A stretch of 64,000 nucleotides of DNA from positions 188,914,001 through 188,978,000 of the forward strand of contig CM059427.1 of the NCBI GenBank assembly GCA_030390025.1, in the 5' to 3' direction. Positions 12,955-24,976 of this stretch are shown in pieces. The position numbers and the translations under genes were made by a program. The notes under the pieces are model-generated. The model was not told where the DNA came from. It was given only the letters and a program-made list of their open reading frames with translations, and did not search any database. Each line of letters begins with the position of its first letter. Positions within the stretch are counted from its first letter, which is position 1. This stretch comes from Squalus acanthias (taxonomy: Eukaryota).

Positions 12955-13430
12955 TTAGGAACACAGGAACAGTAATAGTCCTTTCAGCCCCTCCGAGCCT
13001 GTTCCACCATTTGAGCATTGCCGATCTGTACATCAATTCCATTTACCCAAGTTTGCTCCATATGCCGCGATACCTTTATCCAACAAAGATCTGTCATCCT
13101 CAGTGTTGATATTTTCAATTGACCTAGAATGAATAGCTTTTTGGGGAAGAGAGTTCCAGATTTCCAATATCTTTGGTGTGAAGAAATGTTTCCTGACATC
13201 ATCCCTAAATGGCCGAGCTCTAACATTAATGTTATGCTCTCTTGATCTGGACTACCCCACCTGAGGACATAGTTTCTCTTTATCTAACCTATCAGATCCT
13301 TTAATCATCTTAAACACCTCAATTAGATCACACCTTAATCCTCTATAATCAAATAAATACAAGTGTAGTCTATGCAACCTGTCCTCATAATTCAACATTT
13401 TTAGCCCCAGTATTATTCTAGTCAATTGGC
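12955..13430 (-). mobile_element. CR1 3' fragment, degraded
   Basis: YEDRLHRL..DLIEVFKM and a tail. Confidence 0.8.
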
Positions 13431-13790
13431 ATCTGAGATGGTGATGGGCCGTCCCCCCTCCCAATGACCTCCCTCTCCCACACAGTTTGATATTTAGTCA
13501 CTCATCTCCCACAGATTCTCCTCAGTCTGGAACAGACAATGGATGAGAAGGGACTCTCCGAACTTGGATTAGGAGGTGACGACTCAGCAACCAGATCACA
13601 CCTCACTTCAGTTGAGGGAATCTCTCTTGACCTTATTTTCATTCACTGTAATACCTCTCTAAATTTTGATAAACTATTTGTGACCCAGACTCTGGGGAAG
13701 TGAGTCCAGGTTTATTATGAAAGCGAGGAGCAGATCAAAGGCCTGAAAGTTTCACACAGAACAATCTCAGGCTTTTGCTGAGCCGTCTTG

Positions 13791-14302
13791 TCATGTACTG
13801 AACTGGAGCTGTACTGGATTCGAAGGGGTTTATCATGTCCAGGACTGGAGCTGTGCTGGATTCGAAGGGGTTTATCATGTCCAGAACTGGAGCTGTGCTG
13901 GATTCGAAGGGGTTTATCATGTACAGAACTGGAGCTGTGCTGGATTCGAAGGGGTTTATCATGTACAGAACTGGAGCTGTGCTGGATTCGAAGGGGTTTA
14001 TCATGTCCAGAACTGGAGCTGTGCTGGATTCGAAGGGGTTTATCATGTACAGAACTGGAGCTGTGCTGGATTCGAAGGGGTTTATCATGACCAGAACTGG
14101 AGCTGTGCTGGATTCGAAGGGGTTTACCATGTAAAGGACTGGAGCTGTGCTGGATTCGAAGGGGTTTATCATGTGCAGAACTGGAACTGTGCTGGATTCG
14201 AAGGGGTTTATCATGTGCAGAACTGGAGCTGTGCTGGATTCAAAGGGGTTTATCATGTACAGAACTGGAGCTGTGCTGGATTCGAAGGGGTTTATCATGT
14301 AC
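13791..14302. repeat. 42-bp minisatellite, about 12 copies
   Basis: Unit tcatgtacagaactggagctgtgctggattcgaaggggttta, head-to-tail with no spacers. Confidence 0.97.
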
Positions 14303-14476
14303 ACAGATCCATTACCTTGGATGCATTCCCATAAATGGTTAAAAGAATGGAGTCAAAATGAAAGGAAATATACTCTCACTATTATTACAACATGGCTAAA
14401 GAGGATTAAAAACAGAAAATGGTGGAAAGCACTCAGCAGGACAGGCAGCATGTCTGGAGAGAGAAAGAGAGTTAAT

Positions 14477-15239
14477 GGAGCAAAATTCGGGTCTCCACGG
14501 GTGAGTACGCGCTGTGTACTCACCCGTAGGGCCACCGGAAGTGTCGGTTTCGTGCATGCTCTGCGCATGCACGGGAAACCGGAACTTCCAGTCTCGTGAA
14601 AGAAGGGGTTCGAGGGTCAACCGTGTGCGCCGGAGAGGCAGCGCGCACGCAGCGAATTTCGGATTTTTTTTCAGGTTTCTCCGTGAGGGTAGGTATGAAG
14701 AAGCTGCGCAGGAAAAAAGGAGGCGCAAGGCCTGCTTTTAACAAGGTAAGTGGTTAATTAAATACAATTTAAACATTTTCCAACAGGTTTATCTTTTTTA
14801 CATACTTTAAAGAAAGGTAAGTTTATTTTTAGCACCGTTAAAAAGTATAATTAATTTTTTCAAAAATTAAAATTTTTGTTTAACATAGTTAATTTATGTA
14901 ATTTATAGTTATTTTAAAAATGTGATAGTTTTTTAAATTTATTTGAAGTTTTAGTTAGGTTTTGGGGGGTGATCTCTATTCATAGATTTGACAGGTCTTC
15001 CTGTCAAAATCTATGAATGGAGATTCCCTGCTCCGATTGGCTCTCCATGGCCCACGTGATCCGAGGGGACGCTTCGAACTAACTGCGCCCCTGGGATACA
15101 CAAGCACTGCGCGCCGGCAGCTGCAGGAGGCCCAGGAGCCGAAGTCCACGCGGGCCCGAAGCACAACGGCAGGCGCGGTAGGTAAGGACGCGCGCGATCC
15201 TTGCACCCTCGGGAAGCCGGAGAGCCGAATTTCTGGCCC
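14477..15239 (+). mobile_element. ~760-bp TIR element (Harbinger-like MITE family A), copy 1
   Basis: Ends ggagcaaaattcgg...ccgaatttctggccc; six copies in the window. Confidence 0.85.
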
Positions 15240-16539
15240 TATGTTTCAGCTCGATGACCTTTCAACAGAACTGGCAGATGTTAGAGATTTAACTGTTTTT
15301 AAGCAAGTAGAGAGCCAGAGAAAAGAGGGGGAGGAAAGAACAAAGGGGAAGGTCTGTGATAGGGTGGAGGGCAGGAGAGATTCAATGACAAAAGGAAACA
15401 CTTTCCCATTCCATTCCAAACCAATTTCTTCACCACAATCAATCAGTACAATCAGCAAACAACTGATTATCAGGGATTTTAAATGATTGTTAAGGATAAA
15501 TTAGTAAAACATTCCCAAAGCTGGAGTCATTCCCACTTTATTTTGCATATTTACTTTTCCACAAATTTTATTGATGCTGTTTCTTTTCTGTTAATCTTTT
15601 AGTCACGCTCGGCTGCAAACAATTCCCTGGGTGGGAGCATGGAGACAACCTTCTCCGGAGATTCCGGGATCTCGTTGTGTGAACAGGTGCTGGGAGTTGC
15701 AGGGGAGACGCCCATATTTACTGAGCCGAGTTTCATTCCTTCTCATTTGTAGCAGCTCAGCTCCATTCAGCTCCTCTGCAGAGAGAGTCCAGCTGGGATC
15801 ACTCACTGGGGACCCACAGTCACAAATCCACGTCCCAACACTTCAAGCTCCACACACGGCTGCAGCACTGGGTCACCGTCAGTCCCTACAGTTATAAAAC
15901 TGTGTCCCCAGCCTGGAGCCTCACCGGCCACGAGTGGAGATCAGGAATTCAGCCCAACGTTTGCATGATGTTCCACCAATTGCAATGTCATACCGTGACC
16001 TGGAAAGTTAGTACTTGTAAAGTAAAATAACAGATACTGAGACTGGGATCTGTAAGATCTAATGATCTCTCAGAGTTCTTGGACAAGACACCAATAGGCA
16101 GGAGCCAGTATGTTTGAGCAATAGATCAAGATTTATTAAGCTTACAGCGCAATCAATACTTAACAAAAGACGATAGTTTTAATGAGTAGATAGCAGCCCT
16201 TGGTCTCTGGAACCTCTCGGACACAGATGACGTCGTCTTAAGTATGTTCCTTTGTTCTCGCAGTAAGTTTGTGTAAAGTTGTTCTTTGAGTGTCAAGGAT
16301 TTAATCGTTTTCTTATCAAAAGTTAGTTTGGCCAGTGTCCATATATGGTCTTTAACAAATTCACCTTTTTTAATTGGTTCTAATGGTCAAAATACCATTG
16401 TCACTCAGACTAAGGTAGCATCCCGCCTTGCCAGTATTTTTCCGTCAACCCTATCCTTCTGTCTTGTTATCTTGTTTATAGTTTTTCACTCCATTGGAAT
16501 TTACCATATCTCGGAGTGCAGCTTGGAACAGAGTGTAAA

Positions 16540-19460
16540 CGTGCGAGTTTGGTGAGTAAGGAAGTTCGGTGAGGAGGGGACAGACCTGCTCCTTTCTTCT
16601 TTTTCTATCTTTGTCAGACTCCAGGAGAACAGGAGATAAAAATCTGCATGAGCGGGAACAGAGAAACAGCGGGAGTTCGGCTCTGTGAAACCCCCCAACC
16701 GCATTCAGAGAAAAATAAAAGGTGACATCACAGGGAAAAGGCAGAGGCAGCGGACCTGAGCGGGAGCGAGAGCGGAGGCAGAGCAAATAAACAGCGTGGC
16801 AGAGGAAGGCCCGAGAGCGGAGGCAGCGGACCTGACAACAAAAACAATGAATGACATCACAGGAAAGCAGGGAAGTGATTGGTTGGTCAGTATTTCTCTC
16901 TTTTCTTGTGCATTGGTTTAAATTAAGAGCTGGGATTAAAAACGAAATGTTCAAAACTTAAACACTTAATTAATTAAATCCATTAGAGATGGCAGGGCAG
17001 GATATGTGTTACTGCTGCAACATGTGGGAGCTGGGGGTCACCATTGAGGTCCACAGCGACCACATTTGCAGTAAGTGTTGGTTGCTCGAGGAACTTCGGC
17101 TCCATGTTGATGAGCTGGAGTCTGAGCTTCAAACACTGCGACACATCACGGAGGGGGAGAGTTACCTGGACGCTGTGTTCCAGGAGGTAGTCACACCCCT
17201 TAGATTAATTCATTGAAATTTGGTCCACGGTCAGGGACAGGTGGGTGTGACTACGAGCAAGGCAGGTATGGGGACCCAGGAGGTAGTAACATAGAAACAT
17301 AGAAACATAGAAGATAGGAGCAGGAGTAGGCCATTCAACCCCTCGAGCCTGCTCCGCCATTCCATGAGATCATGGCTGATCATCCAAACTCAGTACCCTG
17401 TAACTGCCTTCTCCCCATATCCCTTGATACCTTTAGCTTTAAGAAATATATCTAACTCATTCTTGAATATATTTAATGATTTGGCCTCAACTACCTTCTG
17501 TGGTAGAGAATTCCACAGGTTCACCACTCTCTGGGTGAAGAAATTCCTCCTCATTTCTGTCCTAAATGGCTTACACCTTATCACCTTATTCTTATGATGT
17601 GGAGATGCTTATTCTTAGATTATGACCTCTGGTTCTGGACTCTCCGACCATCGGGAACATTCTTCCTGCATCTAGTTTGTCCAGACCTGTCAGAATTTTA
17701 TATGTTTCAATGAGGTCCCCTCTCATTCTTCTATACTCCAGCGAGTATAAGCCCAATCGACCCAATCTCTCCTCATATGTCATTCCTGCCATCCCAGGTA
17801 TCAGCCTTGTGAATCTTCGCTGAACTCCTTCCATGGCAAGAACATCCTTCCTCAGATAAGGCGACCAAAACTGCACACAATACTCAAGGTGTGGTCTCAC
17901 CAAGGCCCTGTACAACTGCAGCAGGACATCCCTGTTCCTATACTCAAACCCTTTCGCTATGAAGGCCAACATACCATTTGCCTTCTTCACCGCCTGCTGC
18001 ACCTGCATGCTTACCGTCAGCGACCGGTGCACAAGGACACCCAGGTCTCGTTGCACTTCCCCTTCTCCCAATCTATTGCCATTAAGATAATAGTCTGCCT
18101 TTCTGTTTTTGTCACCAAAGTGGATAACCTCGCATTTATCCACATTATATTGCATCTGCCACGCTTCTGCCCACTCACCCAACCTGTCCAAATCATCCTG
18201 GAGTTTCTCGGTATCCTCCTCGCAGCACACACTCCCACCCAGCTTTGTGTCATCTGCAAACTTGGAGATATTACATTTAGTTCCCTTATCTAGATCATTA
18301 ATGTATATTGTGAATAGCTGGGGTCCAAGGACCAATCCCTGCGGTACCCCACTAGTCACTACTTGCCACTCGGAAAAAGACCCATTAATTCCTACTCTTT
18401 GCTTTCTGTCCACCAACCAGTTCTCTATCCAAGTCAATACCTTGCCCCCAATCCCATGTGCCTTTACTTTACACGCTAATCTCTTATGCGGGACCTTATC
18501 GAAAGCCTTTTGAAAGTCCAAATACACCACATCTACTGGTTCTCCCTTATCTACTTTCCCAGTTACATCCTCAAAAACTTCCAGTAGATTAGTCAAGCAC
18601 GATTTACCTTTTGTAAATCCATGTTGACTTTGTCCGATCCTGTCACTGTTTTTCAAGTGCTCAGCTATTACATCCTTTATAATGGACTCTAGCATTTTCC
18701 TCACAACCGATGTCAAGCTTACCGGTCTGTAATTCCCCACTTTCTCTCTACCACCCTTTTTGAATAGTGGGGTAACATTAGCTACCCTCCAGTCCATGGG
18801 TACAGTTCCAGATTCCATCGAATGTTGGAAGATGATCAGCAATGCATCTACTATTTCTAGGGCCACTTCCTTAAGTACCCTAGGATGTAGATTATCAGGC
18901 CCTGTGGATTTATCGGCTTTCAATCCCGTCAATTTCCCTAACACCATTTCCCTGCAAATACTGATTTCTTTCAGTTCCTCCCTTTCATCAGACCGTATGT
19001 TCTCCAACATCTCTGGGAGTTTATTTGTGGAGGAGCCTCAGCCCTTGCTCTTGTCCAACAGTTACGTGGTTCTTACTCTATGTGAGGGCGAGAGCAAGGA
19101 TTGCAGTGAGATTGAGCAAACTGACCACAGCACCGTGGTACTTGGAGTCATTCAAGTGGAGGGAGCAAAAAGAAACGTGGTAGTGGTAGCTGTAGGGGAC
19201 AGTATAGTTAGGGGGATAGATAATGTTCTCTGCATCCGAGAGCATGAGTCCCGAAGGCTGTGTTGCCTGCCAGGGTAAAGGACATCTTCTCTGGGCTGGA
19301 GAGGAACTTAGAGTGGGAGGAGAAAGATCCAGTTGTCGTGGTCCACGTAGGTACCAACAACATAGGTAGGACAAAGAAAGAGGTTCTGTTGAGAGAGTAT
19401 GAGCAGTTAGGGGCTAAATTAATAAGCAGAACCACAAAGGTAATAATCTCTGGACTACTA
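16540..19460 (+). mobile_element. CR1 5'UTR/ORF1 remnant, split by a younger CR1
   Basis: CYCCNMWE..HICSKC zinc-finger-like and GDSIVRG / VVVHVGTNN esterase-like ORF1 pieces lie on either side of 17289-19030. Confidence 0.85.
17289..19030 (-). mobile_element. CR1 LINE, 5'-truncated, with open RT (472 aa)
   Basis: ORF 17592-19010 and an (acatagaa)n tail. Confidence 0.95.
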
Positions 19461-20154
19461 CTTAGCATCATAATATATTATTTAACAATTTAACTTTCAC
19501 TCGCAGACTGTGGCTGTTTGTTATAAAACATAGTCTAAACTGCTTTTGACTGTCTTTGCAGCTGCATTTTGAACAAGTCTTAGCTTATTAGTTACCCAGG
19601 AGTAATAATAGGTAATATTATTTGGTAAATGACTACACTTGAATTTATACGTATATGATTCTCGTCTACTAAATATCTTTAAAATATCAGCCTTTCATAC
19701 AGAACTATTGAAATGTACACTTCGAAATATAAACTAATCCAGCTACATAAAAAATTACCACAAAATAAATCCAGAATAAAACCACAAATCTATTTCTAAA
19801 GTTTCCCCAAGTTGGATCGAACTAGTTTCCAGAGACAACAGTTCTCGATGGGCACAGACACGATGGGCTGAATGGCATCCTTCTGTGCTGTATCAGTCAT
19901 TCTATGATCTCAGATCAGTATCGGAGTTCAGGGTCTGTATTGCGATGGCTCCTTGTGAATCATCTGTTTCATTTCCTGTCGCATCGTGTGGATTCCCGCT
20001 GTTCGATATCTGATAAGGGGCATGAAATGTGCTTTAAAAAAAGAGCATATCCTTCAATAATAAACAACAACGACTACTTTTATTTATATAGAGTCTTTAA
20101 CATAATAAAACATCCCAAGGCGCTTCACAGGAGCGTTTTCAAAATAAATACAAT

Positions 20155-20917
20155 GGGCCAGAAATTCAGCTTTCCGGCTTCCTGCGGGTGCAAGCATCAC
20201 GCGCGTACTTGCCTACCGCGCCTGCAGTTGTGCTTTGGGCACACGAGGACTTTGGGTCCTGGGCCTCCTCCAGCTGCCGCTGCGCAGTGCTTGTGTATCC
20301 CAGGGGCGCAGTTAGTTCGAAGCGTCCCCTGGGATCACGTGGGCCATGGAGAGCCAATCCGAGCAGGGCATTTTCAATCATAGATTTGACAGGAAGGACT
20401 GTCAAATCTATGAATAGAGATCGGCCCCAAAACCACACTTAAACTTCAAATAAATTTTAAAAATACATCACATTTTTAAAATAACTATAAGTTAAATAAA
20501 TTAACTACTTTAAACAAAAATTAAAATTTTTGAAAAAATTAAATATACTTTTTAACGGTGCTAAAAATAAACTTACCTTTCTTTAAAGTATCTAAAAAAG
20601 ATAAAGCTGTTGAAATTTTTTTAAATTGTAATTAATTAACCACTTACCTTGTTAAAAACAGGCCTTGCGCCACCTTTTTAAAAGCACAGCTTCTCCATAC
20701 TTACCTTCCCGGAGAAACATGAAAAAAAACCTGAAGTTCGCTGCATGCGCGCAGCCTCTCCCGCGCACGCATTCGACTTCTGAACACCTCCCTTCAGGGG
20801 AACGGAAGTTCCGGTTTCCTGTGCATGTGCAGTGCATGCAAGAAACCGGCACTTCAGGTGGCCTTACGGGTGAGTACACAGTGCGTACTCACCCGACAAG
20901 AGCCGAATTTCTGGCCC
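20155..20917 (-). mobile_element. MITE family A, copy 2
   Basis: TIR gggccagaaattc; 3-bp TSD AAT/AAT. Confidence 0.88.
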
Positions 20918-21437
20918 AATATTTGACACCGAGCCACATAGGAGATGTTAGGCCAAATGACCAAAAGCTTGGCCGAAGAGGTAGGTTTTAAGGAGAGTCT
21001 TAAAGGAGGAAAGAGACGTAGAGAGGTGGAGAGACTTAGGGAGGCAATTCCAGAGCTTAGGGCCTAGGCAGCTGAAGGCACGACCGCCAATAGTGGAGCA
21101 TTTAAAATTGAGGATGTTCAGAAGTCCAGAAGAGGTAGAGCGCAGAGGACTCGGGGGATTATAGGGCTGGAGGAGATTACAGAAATAAGGAGGGGTGAGG
21201 CCATGGAGGGATTTGAAAACAGGATGAGAATTTTAAATTCTAGGCGTTGCTTAACTGGGAGCCAATGTAGGTCAGCATGCACAGGGGAGATGGGTGATCA
21301 GGTCTAGAGGCGAGTTAGCACACAGGTGGCAGAGGTTTGGAGGACCTCAGGTTTATGGAGGGTAGAACTAGGCATGCCGGCCAAAAGTCAAGTCTAGAGG
21401 TGATAAAGGCATGGATTAGGGTGTAAGAAGCAGATAA

Positions 21438-21860
21438 GGGCAACACGGTGGCATAGTGGTTAGCACTGGTGTCTCACAGCGCCAGGGACCCGGGTTCGAA
21501 TCTGACCTCGGGTGACTGTCTGTGTGGAGTTTGCACATTCTCCCCGTGTCTGCGTGGGTTTCCTCCGGGTGCTCCGGTTTCCTCCCACAGTCCAAAAATG
21601 TGTGGGTTAGGTTGATTTGGCTATGATAAATTGACCCTTAGTGTTAGGGGGGATTAAATATGTGGGGTGATGGGATATGTTAGGGGGAATTAAATACGTG
21701 GGGTTACGGGGGTAGGGTGGGATATGTGTACTGTGGGGATTACAGCAGGGACAGGGTACTGGATTTGGATGATCAGCCATGATCGTATTGAATGGTGGAG
21801 CAGGCTCGACGGGCTGAATGGCCTACTCCTGCTCCTAGATTCTATGTTTCTATGTTTCTA
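21438..21860 (+). mobile_element. tRNA-derived V-SINE (HE1-like) with CR1/HER1 3' tail
   Basis: A box tggcatagtgg, B box ggttcgaatc, V-domain tgtggagtttgcacattctccccgtgtctgcgtgggtttcctccggg, then a CR1 tail (ttctatgt)n. Confidence 0.9.
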
Positions 21861-22909
21861 AGAAGAGGTAAGGGCGGAGATATTACGAAGGTGGAAATGG
21901 GCAGCCTTAGCGATAGAGCGGATATGAGGTAGGAAGCTCAATTCGTGATCAAATATGACTCCAAGGTTGTGAACAGACTTGGTCAGCCTTAGACAGTTGC
22001 TGGGGAGAGAGATCGAATCAGTGGAAAGGGAATGGAGTTTGTGGCGTGAACAGAAGACAATGGCTTCGGTCTTCCCGATATTTAATTGGAGGAAATTTGT
22101 ACTCATCCAGTGCTGGATGTCGGACAAGCAGTCTGATAGTATAGACATGGGGGAGGGTTCAAGAGAGGTGGAGGAGAGGTAGAGCTGGGTATCATCAGCG
22201 TACGTATAAAAATTCACGTTGTGTTGCCGGATGATGTCACCGAGGGGCAGCATGTAGATGAGAAATAGGAGGGGGCCAAGGATAGATCCTTGGGGGACAC
22301 CAGAGTTGACAGTGCAGGATCGGGAAGAGAAGCCATTGCAGGTGATTTTATGGTTACAGCTGGAAAGTTAGGAATTAAACCAGGCAAGTGTAGTCCCATC
22401 TAGCTTGATGATGGTGGAGAGGCTTTGGAGCAGAATTGTGTGGTCAACCCTGACAAAGGCTGCGGACAGGTACAGAAGGACGAGAAGGGCTAGATTACCT
22501 TTGTCGCAGTCAATGAGGATGTCATTTTTGACCTTGGTAAGAGCAGTTTCAGTACTGTGGCAGGGGCAGAAGCCTGATTAGAGAGATTCAAACAAGGAGT
22601 TCTGGGAAATATGGGCACGGATTTGGGAAGCGACAACTCATTCAAGAACTTCGAAGAGGAAAGGGAGGGTGGAGATGGGGCGATAGTATACAAGGACTGT
22701 TTTTTTGGTGGACAGGGTTGATGACGGCAGATTTGAAGGAAAGGGGACAGTACCTGAGGAGAGAACCGTTAGCAATATCCGCTAACATGGGAGCCAGGAA
22801 GGAAAGTTGGCTTGTCAACAATTTAGTAGAAATAGGTTTGAGAGATCAGAAGCTCGGTCTCATTAACAAGATGAACTTTGAAAGGGCAAGGGGGAGATTT
22901 TGTTATATT

Positions 22910-23075
22910 GATTGAGGGAAAAATATTGGCCAGGACACCGGGGATAACTGCCCAGCTCTTCTAAATAGTGCCGTGGGATCTTTTATGTCCACCTGAGAGA
23001 GCAGATGGGGCCTCGGTTTAACGTCCCATCCGAAAGACGGCACCTCCGACAGTGCAGCACTCCCTCAGTACTGCC
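22910..23075 (-). mobile_element. Deu-domain SINE fragment
   Basis: The stretch gggatctttta..cacctgagagagcagatggggcctcggtttaacgtc.catccgaaagacggcacctccgacagtgcagcactccctcagtactgc resembles the DeuSINE core as I recall it. Confidence 0.65.
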
Positions 23076-23867
23076 GGGAAAATAGCAGAATTTGGGGGCA
23101 GGTGCTCAACCCGCCCTCAACCCGCCTCCATGCCATCTTCCCAGGAGGCGGGTAGCCGTCCCGCGCCGGGTCCGGTCTCCTTGGAGGTGGGAAGGGATTA
23201 AAGCCTATTAACTGCCTGTTAACAGGTACTTAACAGGCAGAAAATAGGATTATCCCCTTTTTGCCCTCACAAGTGCGAGTTTCCCGAATGCTCCAAAACA
23301 CGCCAGCTCATCGAGGCGAGTCGTGGGTCTGCGGGGGGGGGGTGGTGTAAAAGTGTGGTTTGAAGGTAAGTGATGTGTGCAAGAGTGCAGAGGTGAGTAT
23401 CTGAGGTAAGTGCAAAGTGTTAGTAAAAGTGTACTTACCTTTGTTTCTTCCTGCAGGCTTCAGTCGGTTTGTACGCCGAGAGTATCGGACCTCCGTGTTG
23501 CAGATGACAGATGGCCGTTGCATTCTCAGATGCAACAAACATCTCAATTCTGCAAAAGAAAGAAGGTTGATGAGGTCTTGTATGCAAGACCTCATCAAAC
23601 TGCAGAGAATGTCAGTGTTTGACAGCTTTACAGAGCTGTCAAACGATGACAATTCCTCTGTCAAAACTTTTTGACAGATGAAACGTCATACGCTGACGTA
23701 CTCTGCAACCGGCTTTCCCTTAATTGGCCTGCTAAGCCCGGCCAGCGGGCTTAACAAGGTCAATCAACGAAAATAGCGTGGGTTGGCCACAAGTCGCTGG
23801 AGGCGGGACATCAAACTGACAAGCAGCTGTCCCGCCTCCAACTCGCCCCCGTCACAAAATCGCCCCT
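23076..23867 (+). mobile_element. Probable Harbinger-derived non-autonomous element
   Basis: GC-rich subterminal repeats, an aaaatcgcccc end, and a peptide RREYRTSVLQMTDGRCILR weakly like a Harbinger transposase N-terminus. Confidence 0.45.
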
Positions 23868-23983
23868 AACGGTTCAAAGATTGGTTTCTGGCAACTTTCA
23901 AGTTACTCATTTCCAAGAGGAATATTTGTGATAGTAAATTAAAATAATAAAACGATTGGGCTCCTAGTTTGAGCATTGTCCAT

Positions 23984-24037
23984 TCATTGATAATCAGGTA
24001 TGGCCCTCCGAGATCGCCCTGATTCCTTCCTCAGAGC
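23984..24037 (-). CDS. Receptor cytoplasmic/terminal exon (ALRKESGRSRRAIPDYQ*)
   Basis: Strong acceptor ttccctgctcccactttccatcag| after a 265-nt intron; phase 0; open for 17 codons then TGA. Confidence 0.6.
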   Translation of the reverse strand, partial: ALRKESGRSRRAIPDYQ

Positions 24038-24302
24038 CTGATGGAAAGTGGGAGCAGGGAAGTTATTGCAGTTTGAATCAGGAAAAATATTCAAAGCTAT
24101 CAGAATTCACCAAATTTGGAACAATTGCTTCCTTTAACTGATGATTCCTTTAAATTCAGTACAATGTACAATATTTAAATGAAATTTCAAAATATAGTTT
24201 GTGACCACATAATATCTGTTCAACGAACATCAGTTTTCTCAGTGTCAAGTGACAGCTCGGCACTAATTCCTGATTTACTGGAAAGCTTAAAGAAATTCTT
24301 AC

Positions 24303-24406
24303 TCTGGTCATCCTCTTCAAGCAGCAAATTAGTCCAACAGCAACGCCCAGTTTAACCAACAAGTAGCCCGAAACTGTGAAGATCCAAATCTCCGGAAGTG
24401 GTCTCA
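24303..24406 (-). CDS. Receptor transmembrane exon (VRPLPEIWIFTVSGYLLVKLGVAVGLICCLKRMTR)
   Basis: Acceptor ttgtccttcacag|, phase 1 in and phase 0 out (AGA|gtaaga). Hydrophobic span with a central K, then CC and a basic stop-transfer KR. Confidence 0.82.
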
Positions 24407-24976
24407 CTGTGAAGGACAAAGTTGAGATTTTAGTTTCACTCTCCATCTCGTTTAATATTTAAATACTCCTGCCAGTCAATCTATAAAATATGTGGAAAGT
24501 GAAAACATTCTGCTTTAAACACTGGGAGCCAGAGAACCAAATATTTGTGTCAAGACCGAGTCCACGTTGTGTTCTTTTTGTCACATTTTATGTGTCTGGA
24601 TTTGACTATTTTCATCAGATTCTTGTGGGTGCAATAGTTTTGAATTAAAGTGAGCAGCTCTGAGTGAATGAAAAGGGATTGAATAAACTCAAAATTGGGT
24701 CATTCATTGTCTAAACTGTCAAACTGGATGTGAAAGTGTTGTCCTGACCAGAGTGGCAGAATACAGATTCACACCTGAGATTCCCCAGGTGGCGAGTTCC
24801 CAATCTCGGCTGTGCTATCTGGGGAGACATTAACCATCAAGGTGTGAGACAGCCACAGATCTGTAACTGGTATGTAGTAAAAAAAAAACTATTTTGACAA
24901 GGTGCAATTTTGTTGAAACTATTAAAGTTTAACAGTGTTACCATGCATGTTTTTGAAAGTTTTGTGTGTTGTTGTA

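Larger units (their letters stand above)
20060..22910 (-). mobile_element. L2-type LINE remnant with a nested MITE and SINE
   Basis: [39 protein letters not shown]; L2-like 3' end near 20060-20140. Confidence 0.85.

Noticed and set aside
13791-14302. CRISPR array or repeat-protein gene
   Set aside because: Units are contiguous with no unique spacers and the context is eukaryotic. The ORFs arise because the stop-free unit length is a multiple of 3.
15603-15806. Additional exon after acceptor ctctctctgcag (15776)
   Set aside because: Phase 0 gives only RS*, there is no recognisable domain, and it is far from the TM exon.
16016-16540. Third LTR (TGTAA start, minus-strand AATAAA at ~16132)
   Set aside because: I could not find a matching CA end with a TSD beyond the nested CR1s.
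21438-21515. tRNA gene
   Set aside because: The A and B boxes run directly into a V-SINE core and a LINE tail, so this is a SINE head.
24156-24480. Stand-alone ORF MESETK..., or acceptors at 24480 / ~24468 for the TM exon
   Set aside because: Upstream acceptors are out of phase or hit TAA. The acceptor at 24407 fits phase 1, and the rest of the ORF is intron read-through.
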